Of a DNA stretch of 64,000 nt, positions 37,712 to 45,974 are shown one piece after another. Location of the stretch: assembly GCA_903920145.1 (NCBI GenBank), contig CAIXKV010000069.1, positions 5,509 through 69,508 on the forward strand, given 5' to 3'. The translations under genes and the position numbers were made by a program. How positions within the stretch are numbered: the first letter of the stretch is position 1; each line of letters starts with the position of its first letter. The stretch is from an uncultured Rhodospirillales bacterium. Lineage in GTDB: Bacteria > Pseudomonadota > Alphaproteobacteria > Azospirillales > Azospirillaceae. The notes under the pieces were generated by a model that saw only the letters and a list, made by a program, of their open reading frames with translations, was not told the DNA's origin and did no database searches.

Positions 37712-38593
37712 ATGAACATAAGCAAGACACTTCTGACCATTCCGGCAGCTTTAGCCCTGTGGGTGTGCTTTTCGGTGCCGGCTAAAGCCGATTACTATGA
37801 TGATGCTTTACTTACGTATCAGCATGGTGAATATCTTGATGCCTTTGTCATGTTCGAAAAGCTGGCCACGCAAGGTGATCCGCGTGCCCAGTTCTGGATC
37901 GGCACCATGTGGTACGAAGGCAAGGGCAAGCCACAAAATTACCGGGAAGCTTATCGTTGGTATCTGCGTTCTGCCTATTTAGGGAATGCCAACAGTCAAA
38001 ATAATCTTGGCCTGATTTATGAAAAAGGCCAAATTCAGCCAGCCAATCCGGTGGTTGCTTATGCTTGGTTTTCTCTGGCGGCAGCCCATAACGACGACGA
38101 AACCAACACGGTTGCGCACGATAACCTGAATCGTCTGACCGATAGCCTTAAGGCAGAACACGAAAATGAAATCATTGAAGGCCAAGCTTTAGCCCAGGAA
38201 TACGCCGCGCGCATCAATACTGAAAAGCAGGCCCAAAGAAAGATCGATCTGGCCGCAGTCTCGGCGCCACGTCTGCCGCCCACCCCGTCCCCCGGTGTTG
38301 CCGAAGCCGGAAGACATCCGGTAACATTAACCCCGGTTCTGCGGCGAGGTTTCGGCGAAATCTACAAGGTACAGATCGGATTGTTTGGGCAGGCCCAGAA
38401 TATCAAGGGCATGCGCGCCGATCTGGCCAAGAAGGGCTATCGATTTGAAGACAAGGTGATTGATGTTCAGGGGAACAGCTACCATCGTTTCCGTATTGGC
38501 CCTTATACTTCGCTTCAGAGTGCGCAAGCAGCCAAGCAAAAAGTTGATCGCCTGTTTAAGCTCCAGAGTGCTGTGATTCCATTGCTGAGGTAG
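37712..38593 (+). CDS. secreted Sel1-repeat protein with C-terminal SPOR (peptidoglycan-binding) domain
   Basis: Signal peptide. Sel1 repeats GDPRAQFWIGTMWYEGKGKPQNYREAYRWYLRSAYLGNANSQNNLGLIYEKG. C-terminal SPOR-like YKVQIGLFGQAQNIKGMRADLAKKGY...YHRFRIGPYTSLQSAQAAKQKV. Confidence 0.75.
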   Translation: MNISKTLLTIPAALALWVCFSVPAKADYYDDALLTYQHGEYLDAFVMFEKLATQGDPRAQFWIGTMWYEGKGKPQNYREAYRWYLRSAYLGNANSQNNLGLIYEKGQIQPANPVVAYAWFSLAAAHNDDETNTVAHDNLNRLTDSLKAEHENEIIEGQALAQEYAARINTEKQAQRKIDLAAVSAPRLPPTPSPGVAEAGRHPVTLTPVLRRGFGEIYKVQIGLFGQAQNIKGMRADLAKKGYRFEDKVIDVQGNSYHRFRIGPYTSLQSAQAAKQKVDRLFKLQSAVIPLLR

Positions 38594-38610
38594 AGTGATT
38601 TGTGGACATA

Positions 38611-38644
38611 CCCGCAAGAAGGTCTCGCCTTCTTGCGGGTTTTT
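38611..38644 (+). terminator. rho-independent terminator closing the pilus-like operon
   Basis: CCCGCAAGAAGG - tctcg - CCTTCTTGCGGG forms a perfect 12-bp stem followed by TTTTT. Confidence 0.8.
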
Positions 38645-38678
38645 CGAGGTGTAATGTAGTCTATTGAGTCGGTACGCT

Positions 38679-41075
38679 CTACTCTTCTTTCGCCACCAAT
38701 CTCAAGTGGCGCAGCGGAACCCCCAAAGTTCGGGTGTCGTTCGGAGCGAGGAAGGTATCGCTTTCGATCCGTATGGTCAGTTGGCGGGCCGACGCCACCG
38801 AATCCAAGGGCAAGCTGGCCGACCAATCCTCCGATGGAGCCGTGCCGTCAAACAGGACGACGCCGTTGACCAGCACGCGAAGATGAGTTCCGCCCGGCGG
38901 CCTCATGGCTCCGAGGGCAATCTCTAATCGAGATGCGGGATGCTCTGGGTTGTAGGCTGTCGTCAATTCGGCCTCGCCATTGGTCCAACGCAAAGGACCA
39001 TCCGGCATGGTTTCAACCGACCATAACCCGTGGCTGTTGATCGTCGGACCGGCGGGCAGCAAATCCAGCGTTGGTGTCACTCCACGATAGAAATCCCACG
39101 CGCTCCGATCTCGACCCAACCAGATCACGGTTTGCCAGGGTTGAACATGCTCAAGGCTGGTGGTGACCAAACAATCCGGGGCTACTTTCTGTGGCTGTAG
39201 CCCTAATGGAAAACCAGTTCCAAAATAAGAATCAAGAGGGTGGACTGATGACCAATCAAGGCCAAGTTCCGATAACGTGACCTGAAGATAACGTTCTAAA
39301 AATGGATTCTCTACATCCAAATGAGTTCGCCGGCAAGTGACCAATACCGCTTTCCAAGGCCGCAAATCCCACGATAAATCAGCCTTGAAACTAGCATCTT
39401 GTGCGTCTGGATATGGTGGATAGGGATAGGGAATGCCATTCGGAGCTTGTGCCACCGCGACCGGGCGGTAAAAGCCGAAACCGAGATGCCCCAAAACGAA
39501 TAGCCATGCCACGACATGCCACCAGCGATGCCCTTTTCCTCCCAGTACAGGCGCGGCTAGTAGGATGAACAGTAGCGGTGCGGCCATGGCCAGGGCCTTG
39601 CCGGCAGCCCAGTATTTGCCATAAAGCAAGATCAAAATCGGCATCGCCAAAGCAAGGAGAGCCCCTATAAAGAATTGGCTACTGCGTGCTGTGATCTGAT
39701 CACGCCAAACCGCTCGGACAATGCCAATCGTAGCTGCAAAAAATAGAACAAGTAGGACCAGTAATCCTACTTTCCAGCCGATGGCGGTCCATAATGACAA
39801 TCCAACAGGCGGCAAAAGAAAGTAAAACCCTATGGCCGAGGTTATGAACTCGATTGGAAATGAAAATAGAGCATATAATGTTCGTTTCGATAGCTCGAAG
39901 TGGCCGAATATAGTAGCATAATCCAGGTCTTGTTGGAATAAATAGCGCTGAAAATACTGATTCCAATCAGCCGAGGCCGTGGTCACCACAGAAATCTGAT
40001 CTACCACATGGCCCATTGTGCCTGCCCATAAAGGCAAACATGCTGCCACCGCCAAACCCGCAGCGACCACCAGAACCGCCGATCGCGCCACGGTAAAGCG
40101 TGAAAAGCGGGAGGTCACCAGCATCACAACGCACAAAAGCCCACAGGGTAGGCCATATTCAAACAAAATCTCTGGATAATAGTAGAGAACCGATATGGAT
40201 AAAATTGTTATTAGCATTAAAAACGACAGACTTTCTAACAGATGTCGACGGATTGGAATTGAGGAGGGTTTCTCCATGGCCAGTACCAGGGTTGAAAAAA
40301 GCAACATCATTAACGGCATTGTTGCAAGTTGGCTCCAGGCATCAATATCGAGAACATATTGCATAAAAAAGCCAAGAGTAAGCCCTGCTGCCAGTATCGC
40401 ACAGACAATGATCCGGGCTCTGACGAGATTAATCAAAACAAAGCTGGCGGAAAAAAACATCAAAGATTGCATCATCACCATATAAGCATAGCTACTATCA
40501 GCCGATAGGCTTCTGAACAATGTTGCCAATGCCGCATAGGCCAAACCAACCGTTGGGCGGGCATCAAGTTGTGACTGTGCAAATAGAAGATAGTTATTAT
40601 CACGAGCTGTTTCGGGTGTGAGTGCCTGAAGTGCGGCGAAACTATGAGCCCGCATCGCCGAACTATAGGCAATGTAATTGATCTGATCCCACTGGTTCCC
40701 TTGAAAAACCGTGAATTGTGGGCCGCCAATCCAGGCTGGCAGGAGCACTGCCCCCACAACCACGGCCAGAATTAGGCCAATCCCCACCAGCCGCCGTTCC
40801 GGTAAGCCGGTGCAACCGCCCCGGCGCCACCAGGGCCAAACCAAGCACAGTAAAAAAGCCGCTCCGGCCAATCCCAGCGCCACCAGCAATCCCCAGCGCG
40901 GGGCCACGCCATAGCGGTACAGTAAGGTGATGAGAACGCCAAACAGTCCGTATCCCAGGACTGGCGCCGCCAAGCCCCGCCAACGCACCCTGTCGCCCGG
41001 CAACAGCCGAGACAGCGGATAACCGAGACAGAAAAGGAGCGCCAGCGAACCGCCGACGAAAAGAGCGTCCAGCAT
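38679..41075 (-). CDS. large polytopic membrane protein with C-terminal periplasmic domain (GT-C-like glycosyl/aryl transferase architecture, family not recognised)
   Basis: A 798-aa ORF with many hydrophobic helices over the first ~560 aa, then a soluble beta-rich ~230 aa. Sits 14 nt downstream of a sugar nucleotidyltransferase gene. Confidence 0.55.
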   Translation of the reverse strand: MLDALFVGGSLALLFCLGYPLSRLLPGDRVRWRGLAAPVLGYGLFGVLITLLYRYGVAPRWGLLVALGLAGAAFLLCLVWPWWRRGGCTGLPERRLVGIGLILAVVVGAVLLPAWIGGPQFTVFQGNQWDQINYIAYSSAMRAHSFAALQALTPETARDNNYLLFAQSQLDARPTVGLAYAALATLFRSLSADSSYAYMVMMQSLMFFSASFVLINLVRARIIVCAILAAGLTLGFFMQYVLDIDAWSQLATMPLMMLLFSTLVLAMEKPSSIPIRRHLLESLSFLMLITILSISVLYYYPEILFEYGLPCGLLCVVMLVTSRFSRFTVARSAVLVVAAGLAVAACLPLWAGTMGHVVDQISVVTTASADWNQYFQRYLFQQDLDYATIFGHFELSKRTLYALFSFPIEFITSAIGFYFLLPPVGLSLWTAIGWKVGLLVLLVLFFAATIGIVRAVWRDQITARSSQFFIGALLALAMPILILLYGKYWAAGKALAMAAPLLFILLAAPVLGGKGHRWWHVVAWLFVLGHLGFGFYRPVAVAQAPNGIPYPYPPYPDAQDASFKADLSWDLRPWKAVLVTCRRTHLDVENPFLERYLQVTLSELGLDWSSVHPLDSYFGTGFPLGLQPQKVAPDCLVTTSLEHVQPWQTVIWLGRDRSAWDFYRGVTPTLDLLPAGPTINSHGLWSVETMPDGPLRWTNGEAELTTAYNPEHPASRLEIALGAMRPPGGTHLRVLVNGVVLFDGTAPSEDWSASLPLDSVASARQLTIRIESDTFLAPNDTRTLGVPLRHLRLVAKEE

Positions 41076-41089
41076 TGAAACTCCTACGG

Positions 41090-41836
41090 TTAGCGAGACA
41101 TCGCCCCAAGCCCGATTCGGGTTACTTGTGCCAGGCTTTCTGGGGTGCCGATATCGACAAATCCTCCCCGCGCAACCTCGGTTCGGATGGTCCCAGAAGG
41201 GAGACGTTGAAACAGATCTCGTTCCAATGACGGGCCAGGAAAATTGACCAATTGATCCAGAAAAGCCGCAGAAAATAGGTAAAATCCGGCACTAATCAGG
41301 CCCAACCCTCGATGATTAGAGTCTTTTTCGACAAAGCCGCTGACAAATCCTTGCGTATCTCGTTCAATCCGACCATATCGTGCAGCATCGTCAACTTCAA
41401 CGCATAACAAAGAAAGACTTGCGCCCGATTCGCGATGGCGATCTGCAAAACCAGCTAAGTCCGCATCCACAAAAGTATCACCATTCAATACCAGCACCGG
41501 GTCTGTGTGCAAGTGCGGTCGAGCGAACCGCAAAGCTCCGGCGGTGCCAAGGGGTTCCGGTTCGATCACTGGACACAACATCACCGGCCCCGACGGTCGG
41601 CTTGCCAGATGTGCCACCACCAAATCCGCGCGATATCCTAGGCATAGCACTAGGCGGTGACTTCCGAAATCGGCTAAGAAGTCAATTAAATGATCTAGAA
41701 AAGGGCGATTATCTACAGTGGCTAATATCTTTGGCTGATTACCAATAACGCCTCTCAATCGAGTTCCCAAGCCACCGGCCAAGACCGCTGCGTCAACACC
41801 GTTCAAACCACGGAGTGGGGCCGAATGGGCCGGCAT
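41090..41836 (-). CDS. sugar-phosphate nucleotidyltransferase (NDP-sugar pyrophosphorylase)
   Basis: AVLAGGLGTRLRGVIGNQPKILATV N-terminal signature of the NTP_transferase family, with typical length. Confidence 0.8.
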   Translation of the reverse strand: MPAHSAPLRGLNGVDAAVLAGGLGTRLRGVIGNQPKILATVDNRPFLDHLIDFLADFGSHRLVLCLGYRADLVVAHLASRPSGPVMLCPVIEPEPLGTAGALRFARPHLHTDPVLVLNGDTFVDADLAGFADRHRESGASLSLLCVEVDDAARYGRIERDTQGFVSGFVEKDSNHRGLGLISAGFYLFSAAFLDQLVNFPGPSLERDLFQRLPSGTIRTEVARGGFVDIGTPESLAQVTRIGLGAMSR

Positions 41837-42040
41837 CGTTCACCTTCTTTCAACGAGGTCTGGGCAATGGGAGTCAAGGCTAGCAAAAGCATCGCCGCAG
41901 CCATCTTGACCACGGCGATGTTAGTGTAGTTTATCCCTATCACCAAACGCTTCCGCGTGCGGCATGATCATGATATTTCTGACTCGATCGCTCTTCACAG
42001 CCTGAGGAGTGGGGACGGTCTTGGGGGATGAGGGGACAAG

Positions 42041-42790
42041 GTGATCGATTCCGAGAACCAAGATGCAGACCAGGGTGCAAAGGGAACCCTGGATGCAAAA
42101 ACGGATGCTCTCAAGGCTCAAGGTCATAGAAGAAAAATTCGTTATATTCTACAGAAGAAAATTAATGGGCAATGGGAGAATCATTTCCTGACCGCTGATC
42201 TGAGCGCGGCTGCCAATATGATTAAATATACGTTAATCAATCATTTTACAGATGGACTCAGACTTTATCAATATGATGAAAATTCATTATCTCAAGATAA
42301 AGATGCTAAAGGATTGTTTCATAATATTGTAACGAATGAATCTGATTTATTTAATGTTAGCCATGACTCTGAAAATTTGCAGCCATCTGGCCATCTTGAT
42401 GATGCAGAACGAAAGGATTTTTCAGATCGAGACTTGAGCGGTTTAGATTTTTCTGGACAAGACTTTTCAGGAGCAAATTTTAATCGTTCAAGACTGGTTG
42501 GTGCTCTTTTGAAAGGGTGTCTTCTTAGAAACGCGACGTTCATTGATGCCAATCTCAGCCATGCCGACCTGACGGATTCCGATGCCACCGGAGCCGATTT
42601 CTCGTGCGCCAACCTTAGCAACGCCAAATTGGTCAAGGCCGACCTCACAGCCGCCTGTTTGATGCGAGCCGAGGTCTACAGCGCCGATATGACCGGCGCG
42701 GTGACGAAAGGCGGACATCTGGGGGTTCGCCATATTATACCAGCGGCGGCCTCCCTAGTTGGCCTGATCGATCCCGGCGGCTACTCGTAA
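42041..42790 (+). CDS. pentapeptide-repeat protein
   Basis: Run of A(D/N)LXX repeats: DLSGLDFSGQDFSGANFNRSRLVGALLKGCLLRNATFIDANLSHADLTDSDATGADFSCANLSNAKLVKADLTAACLMRAEVYSADMTGA. The start codon is uncertain (GTG in the track). Confidence 0.75.
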   Translation: MIDSENQDADQGAKGTLDAKTDALKAQGHRRKIRYILQKKINGQWENHFLTADLSAAANMIKYTLINHFTDGLRLYQYDENSLSQDKDAKGLFHNIVTNESDLFNVSHDSENLQPSGHLDDAERKDFSDRDLSGLDFSGQDFSGANFNRSRLVGALLKGCLLRNATFIDANLSHADLTDSDATGADFSCANLSNAKLVKADLTAACLMRAEVYSADMTGAVTKGGHLGVRHIIPAAASLVGLIDPGGYS

Positions 42791-42800
42791 AGGTGGCTTA

Positions 42801-43769
42801 TCAGGCGTATTTAGACTGTTCCATATCGAACTGAATAGCCAGCATCCGACGCAACAACAAGGCGGATCGTTCCACCGGCTCGGCCTCAAAAGAGGTAACG
42901 GGCAAAGGCTCGCCGACCAAAGCCGCTGCTAGGCAGTGGTTCAAATAGGCCTCGAAAGATGGTGGCAGGTCTCCTAGTTCGGGATCAGGGTCGACATCAT
43001 AGAAAATAGGACCGTCGGGGTTATGGATCGCCAAAGCCACGGCCCAGCGCAATCCCAGGGCTGTGGCAGCGTTACCGACCGTTTCAAGAACCGATGGCGG
43101 CAGATCCGTGACAGGAAACAGGCTTTCCAATCGCTCGATCCCTTCGCGATTGGGCGGCGCCGTGGCCAAAACCAGCACCACATGGCCATCCAGCACATAA
43201 AACCGCAGCAGTGGCCCCGGACACACCGCCGCCAACACAACCGGCGGCTTATCTGGTCCAACCAAGTGCTGCCGTTGCCGCTCTTGGAACCACTGCCAAG
43301 CGGCCCGGCCTGTCATCGGTCGCCAAACCACGCCTTGATGCTGCTGCTGAAAAGCCGCCACCGTCCGGTCATCATTGCCGATCAACATCGGCGGTACGGC
43401 AAAACCAGTTTGGCCTAACCGATCCAGTTGGCCGGGCCGATCAAAGGCGGCCAGCTCGGACGATACCGGGTTATAAAGTCGGGGGCCGCCGCGCTGCTCC
43501 AGCCAGGAGAACACGCTGTATAAAAAGCTGTGAGACTGCTGCCGGATGACGGCTCCCGCTTGCCACAACGACCAATCGCAAATGGGATCTGCCGGCGGCA
43601 ACACAGGGTCTTCATAACGAAAGCCGTGGATATACAAGGCGTCGAGCCGTTCCAAACGGACCTTGTTCCAAGAGACCCCCTCGGAGTCCAGAACCACCGG
43701 CTGTCCTGGCTCTAACCACACCGCATCCCGCACCGGCAGATGTCGGGCTCCAAAAATTCCCACAGTCAC
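42801..43769 (-). CDS. hypothetical protein, possibly ATP-grasp (RimK/glutathione-synthetase-like) fold
   Basis: Only loose pattern resemblance (FDRPGQLDRLGQTGFAVPPMLI...VVWRPMTG...RFYVLDGHVV). Last gene of the TolC-paralog operon strand. Confidence 0.35.
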   Translation of the reverse strand: MTVGIFGARHLPVRDAVWLEPGQPVVLDSEGVSWNKVRLERLDALYIHGFRYEDPVLPPADPICDWSLWQAGAVIRQQSHSFLYSVFSWLEQRGGPRLYNPVSSELAAFDRPGQLDRLGQTGFAVPPMLIGNDDRTVAAFQQQHQGVVWRPMTGRAAWQWFQERQRQHLVGPDKPPVVLAAVCPGPLLRFYVLDGHVVLVLATAPPNREGIERLESLFPVTDLPPSVLETVGNAATALGLRWAVALAIHNPDGPIFYDVDPDPELGDLPPSFEAYLNHCLAAALVGEPLPVTSFEAEPVERSALLLRRMLAIQFDMEQSKYA

Positions 43770-43874
43770 GATCGCCCCCCATATCTGCCAAAGCGGGATG
43801 CCTTTTTGCGGGTGCAGGGCAAAAGCTCCGCAAAACCACCCCTCTGGAGCGCTGCCGTCCCGCCCCCGTCGGCC

Positions 43875-45974
43875 TTACTTCGCCTTCCCGACCTGCTCCG
43901 CTCCAAAATACTTCAGATGGCCGGCATCGGCCAGCAACATCAAGCGGCGCTGGTCAAGGGCTGAGACGGCCAGTTGGCTGGGTAACACATTCGCGATGGT
44001 GCCCTGAGCATAAAGAAGGGTCGTTTCCGCTTCACGACTGTTGATCCGGGCCCCGATCCAGGTCTGTTCGGCGCTAATCCGGTTGCGTAGGGCTTGAATA
44101 ATCTGATCATTGCCCACCAGACCGGCCTCTAACTGACGAACCAAACTATCATAGGCCGATACCAATAGTTTGGTCTCTTGGGCGGCGTGCGTTTCCTGGG
44201 CTCGTGCGCCTTGAAGTACTGCCAGATCGGTGGCGAGTTCTTGACGTACTTGGCCATCGGTCTGACGAATGACTATCTCCTGATCTTCGGCAGACAACCG
44301 GGCAATATCAACCGCAGCATTGGCGGCCCGATTCTTCCAAGGATAGGTATAGGTCAGGGTATAGCTTTGATTGACAGTATCCGGGTTGACCAAATTGGCT
44401 TGGCTCTGCCCCGGATCGGCGTAACCATAGGTCGAACCATTTTCCCCCAAGGTTCCGCTGGCGCTGAATTGAATGTCGGGGCGCGCTTGGTTCTGGGCCA
44501 ATTTCAACGCCACATCGGCACTTTGACGGCCAAGATCGGCAATGAAAAAAGCCGGGCGATTGAGACGGGCGGTACTCAAGGCCACATCAAAGGTCGCAAC
44601 CCGCGTCGCTTCCAGGTCGTGGCCATATCCGTAGGGAAGATAAATAGCGGAGCCGGTGCGAGCGTCTGGATCCCCAATCAATTGCGCCAAGGCCACTGAA
44701 GCCGAGAGATAGACTTGCAATTGTTGTTCGACCGCGATTTCAGCTCGTGATACTTCTGCCTTGACCTGGGCCTCTTCATAGCGTGTGACCAAGCCAGGGT
44801 CTTGTTTGATGATCCGCGCCTGGCGATCCCGAAGGTCGATCGCCATTTTCTGATTTTCAACCGTCGAGCCAAGAATTTCCAATTGGCGCACCAATTCGAA
44901 ATAGGCCAGATCGATGCTTTCCAAAACCTGATTGTTCAGATCCTTGACATTCCAATCGGCTTGATGACGGGCAATGGCCGCGTTCCGAATCGCCGCATGA
45001 TCGGCATTGTCTTCACCGAATCCTTTGCCGAATGGCACCGGTGTATTGAGAGTTACGGTCAGATTGGACGAAAATTCGCCATCTTTCCAATAGTGATTGG
45101 CATCATAATAAATGCGTTGCTGGATCGTCTGATCCGTTACCTGCACCGAACCGCCCCACGGAAGCTCCTGGGTTAGCCCCAACTGCATTGTCACTTGTTG
45201 AATGGGATGGCCATTGTTGATCGTGTTATTTGCCACGATCTCGGCCTGAGTTGGGTTGGTGTTGCCATTTTCATAGAATTCAATCGCCCGAACTGCGGGC
45301 TTGCCCAAATCGGTGCAACTGGCGAAGGGGATGGCACAGAAATCATCCCGCCGATGAACACCATAAGGCCCGAAATTGGCCTGTAACGGATCGATGTAAT
45401 TGGTGGATCCCGCTGGATCGGCATCGAAAGGCGTCACGCCGCCACTGGGAACACTGTTCCCGATATACTGACCCCCCGCTGCCGCCGGCATATCAATGCT
45501 GACCGACTTGGGCTTGACGGTCCCGAGCCGTTCGCGCAGATAGCTGGCTTGGCGGTCATACCCCAGCGACAGATCAAGCACCGGGTCAAACACCGCCTCG
45601 GCCTCGCGGACCAGAGCTTGCGCCAAGTCTGACTGTTGCCGACCGATGGCCAGTGGCAGGTTGGTTGCTAGCCCTTTGACCACGGCATCACGGCGGTTGA
45701 TCGGTAAGATTGCCCGCGAAGCCACGTCGCCGCGACCCATCTTCCGTGCCGTCAACAGGCTTTCAACCAAGGCCCGCGATCGCTTCTGATCCTCCAGCAC
45801 CGGGGCCGGGGTCAATTGGGCCTCGACCACCGCCGCCACAGCGACGGCATGGTGCTGGACGGCATCAGAGCCAAGTTCGGCTCCGGCGGCAAGCGATGGC
45901 AGCGACGCCGCCAACGACAGGCTTGCCGCAACCGAAGCTGTACGCAGCAGGGCTTTGCGGTCGGCAGTCATCAC
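43875..45974 (-). CDS. oversized TolC-family outer-membrane factor, paralog 3 (699 aa)
   Basis: Signal peptide. Two OEP repeats marked by ...EAVFDPVLDLSLGY... and ...ARPDIQFSASGTLGENGSTYGY... A large insert between the repeats contains a Cys pair (FCAIPFASC). Its start overlaps the upstream stop by 4 nt. Confidence 0.75.
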   Translation of the reverse strand: MMTADRKALLRTASVAASLSLAASLPSLAAGAELGSDAVQHHAVAVAAVVEAQLTPAPVLEDQKRSRALVESLLTARKMGRGDVASRAILPINRRDAVVKGLATNLPLAIGRQQSDLAQALVREAEAVFDPVLDLSLGYDRQASYLRERLGTVKPKSVSIDMPAAAGGQYIGNSVPSGGVTPFDADPAGSTNYIDPLQANFGPYGVHRRDDFCAIPFASCTDLGKPAVRAIEFYENGNTNPTQAEIVANNTINNGHPIQQVTMQLGLTQELPWGGSVQVTDQTIQQRIYYDANHYWKDGEFSSNLTVTLNTPVPFGKGFGEDNADHAAIRNAAIARHQADWNVKDLNNQVLESIDLAYFELVRQLEILGSTVENQKMAIDLRDRQARIIKQDPGLVTRYEEAQVKAEVSRAEIAVEQQLQVYLSASVALAQLIGDPDARTGSAIYLPYGYGHDLEATRVATFDVALSTARLNRPAFFIADLGRQSADVALKLAQNQARPDIQFSASGTLGENGSTYGYADPGQSQANLVNPDTVNQSYTLTYTYPWKNRAANAAVDIARLSAEDQEIVIRQTDGQVRQELATDLAVLQGARAQETHAAQETKLLVSAYDSLVRQLEAGLVGNDQIIQALRNRISAEQTWIGARINSREAETTLLYAQGTIANVLPSQLAVSALDQRRLMLLADAGHLKYFGAEQVGKAK

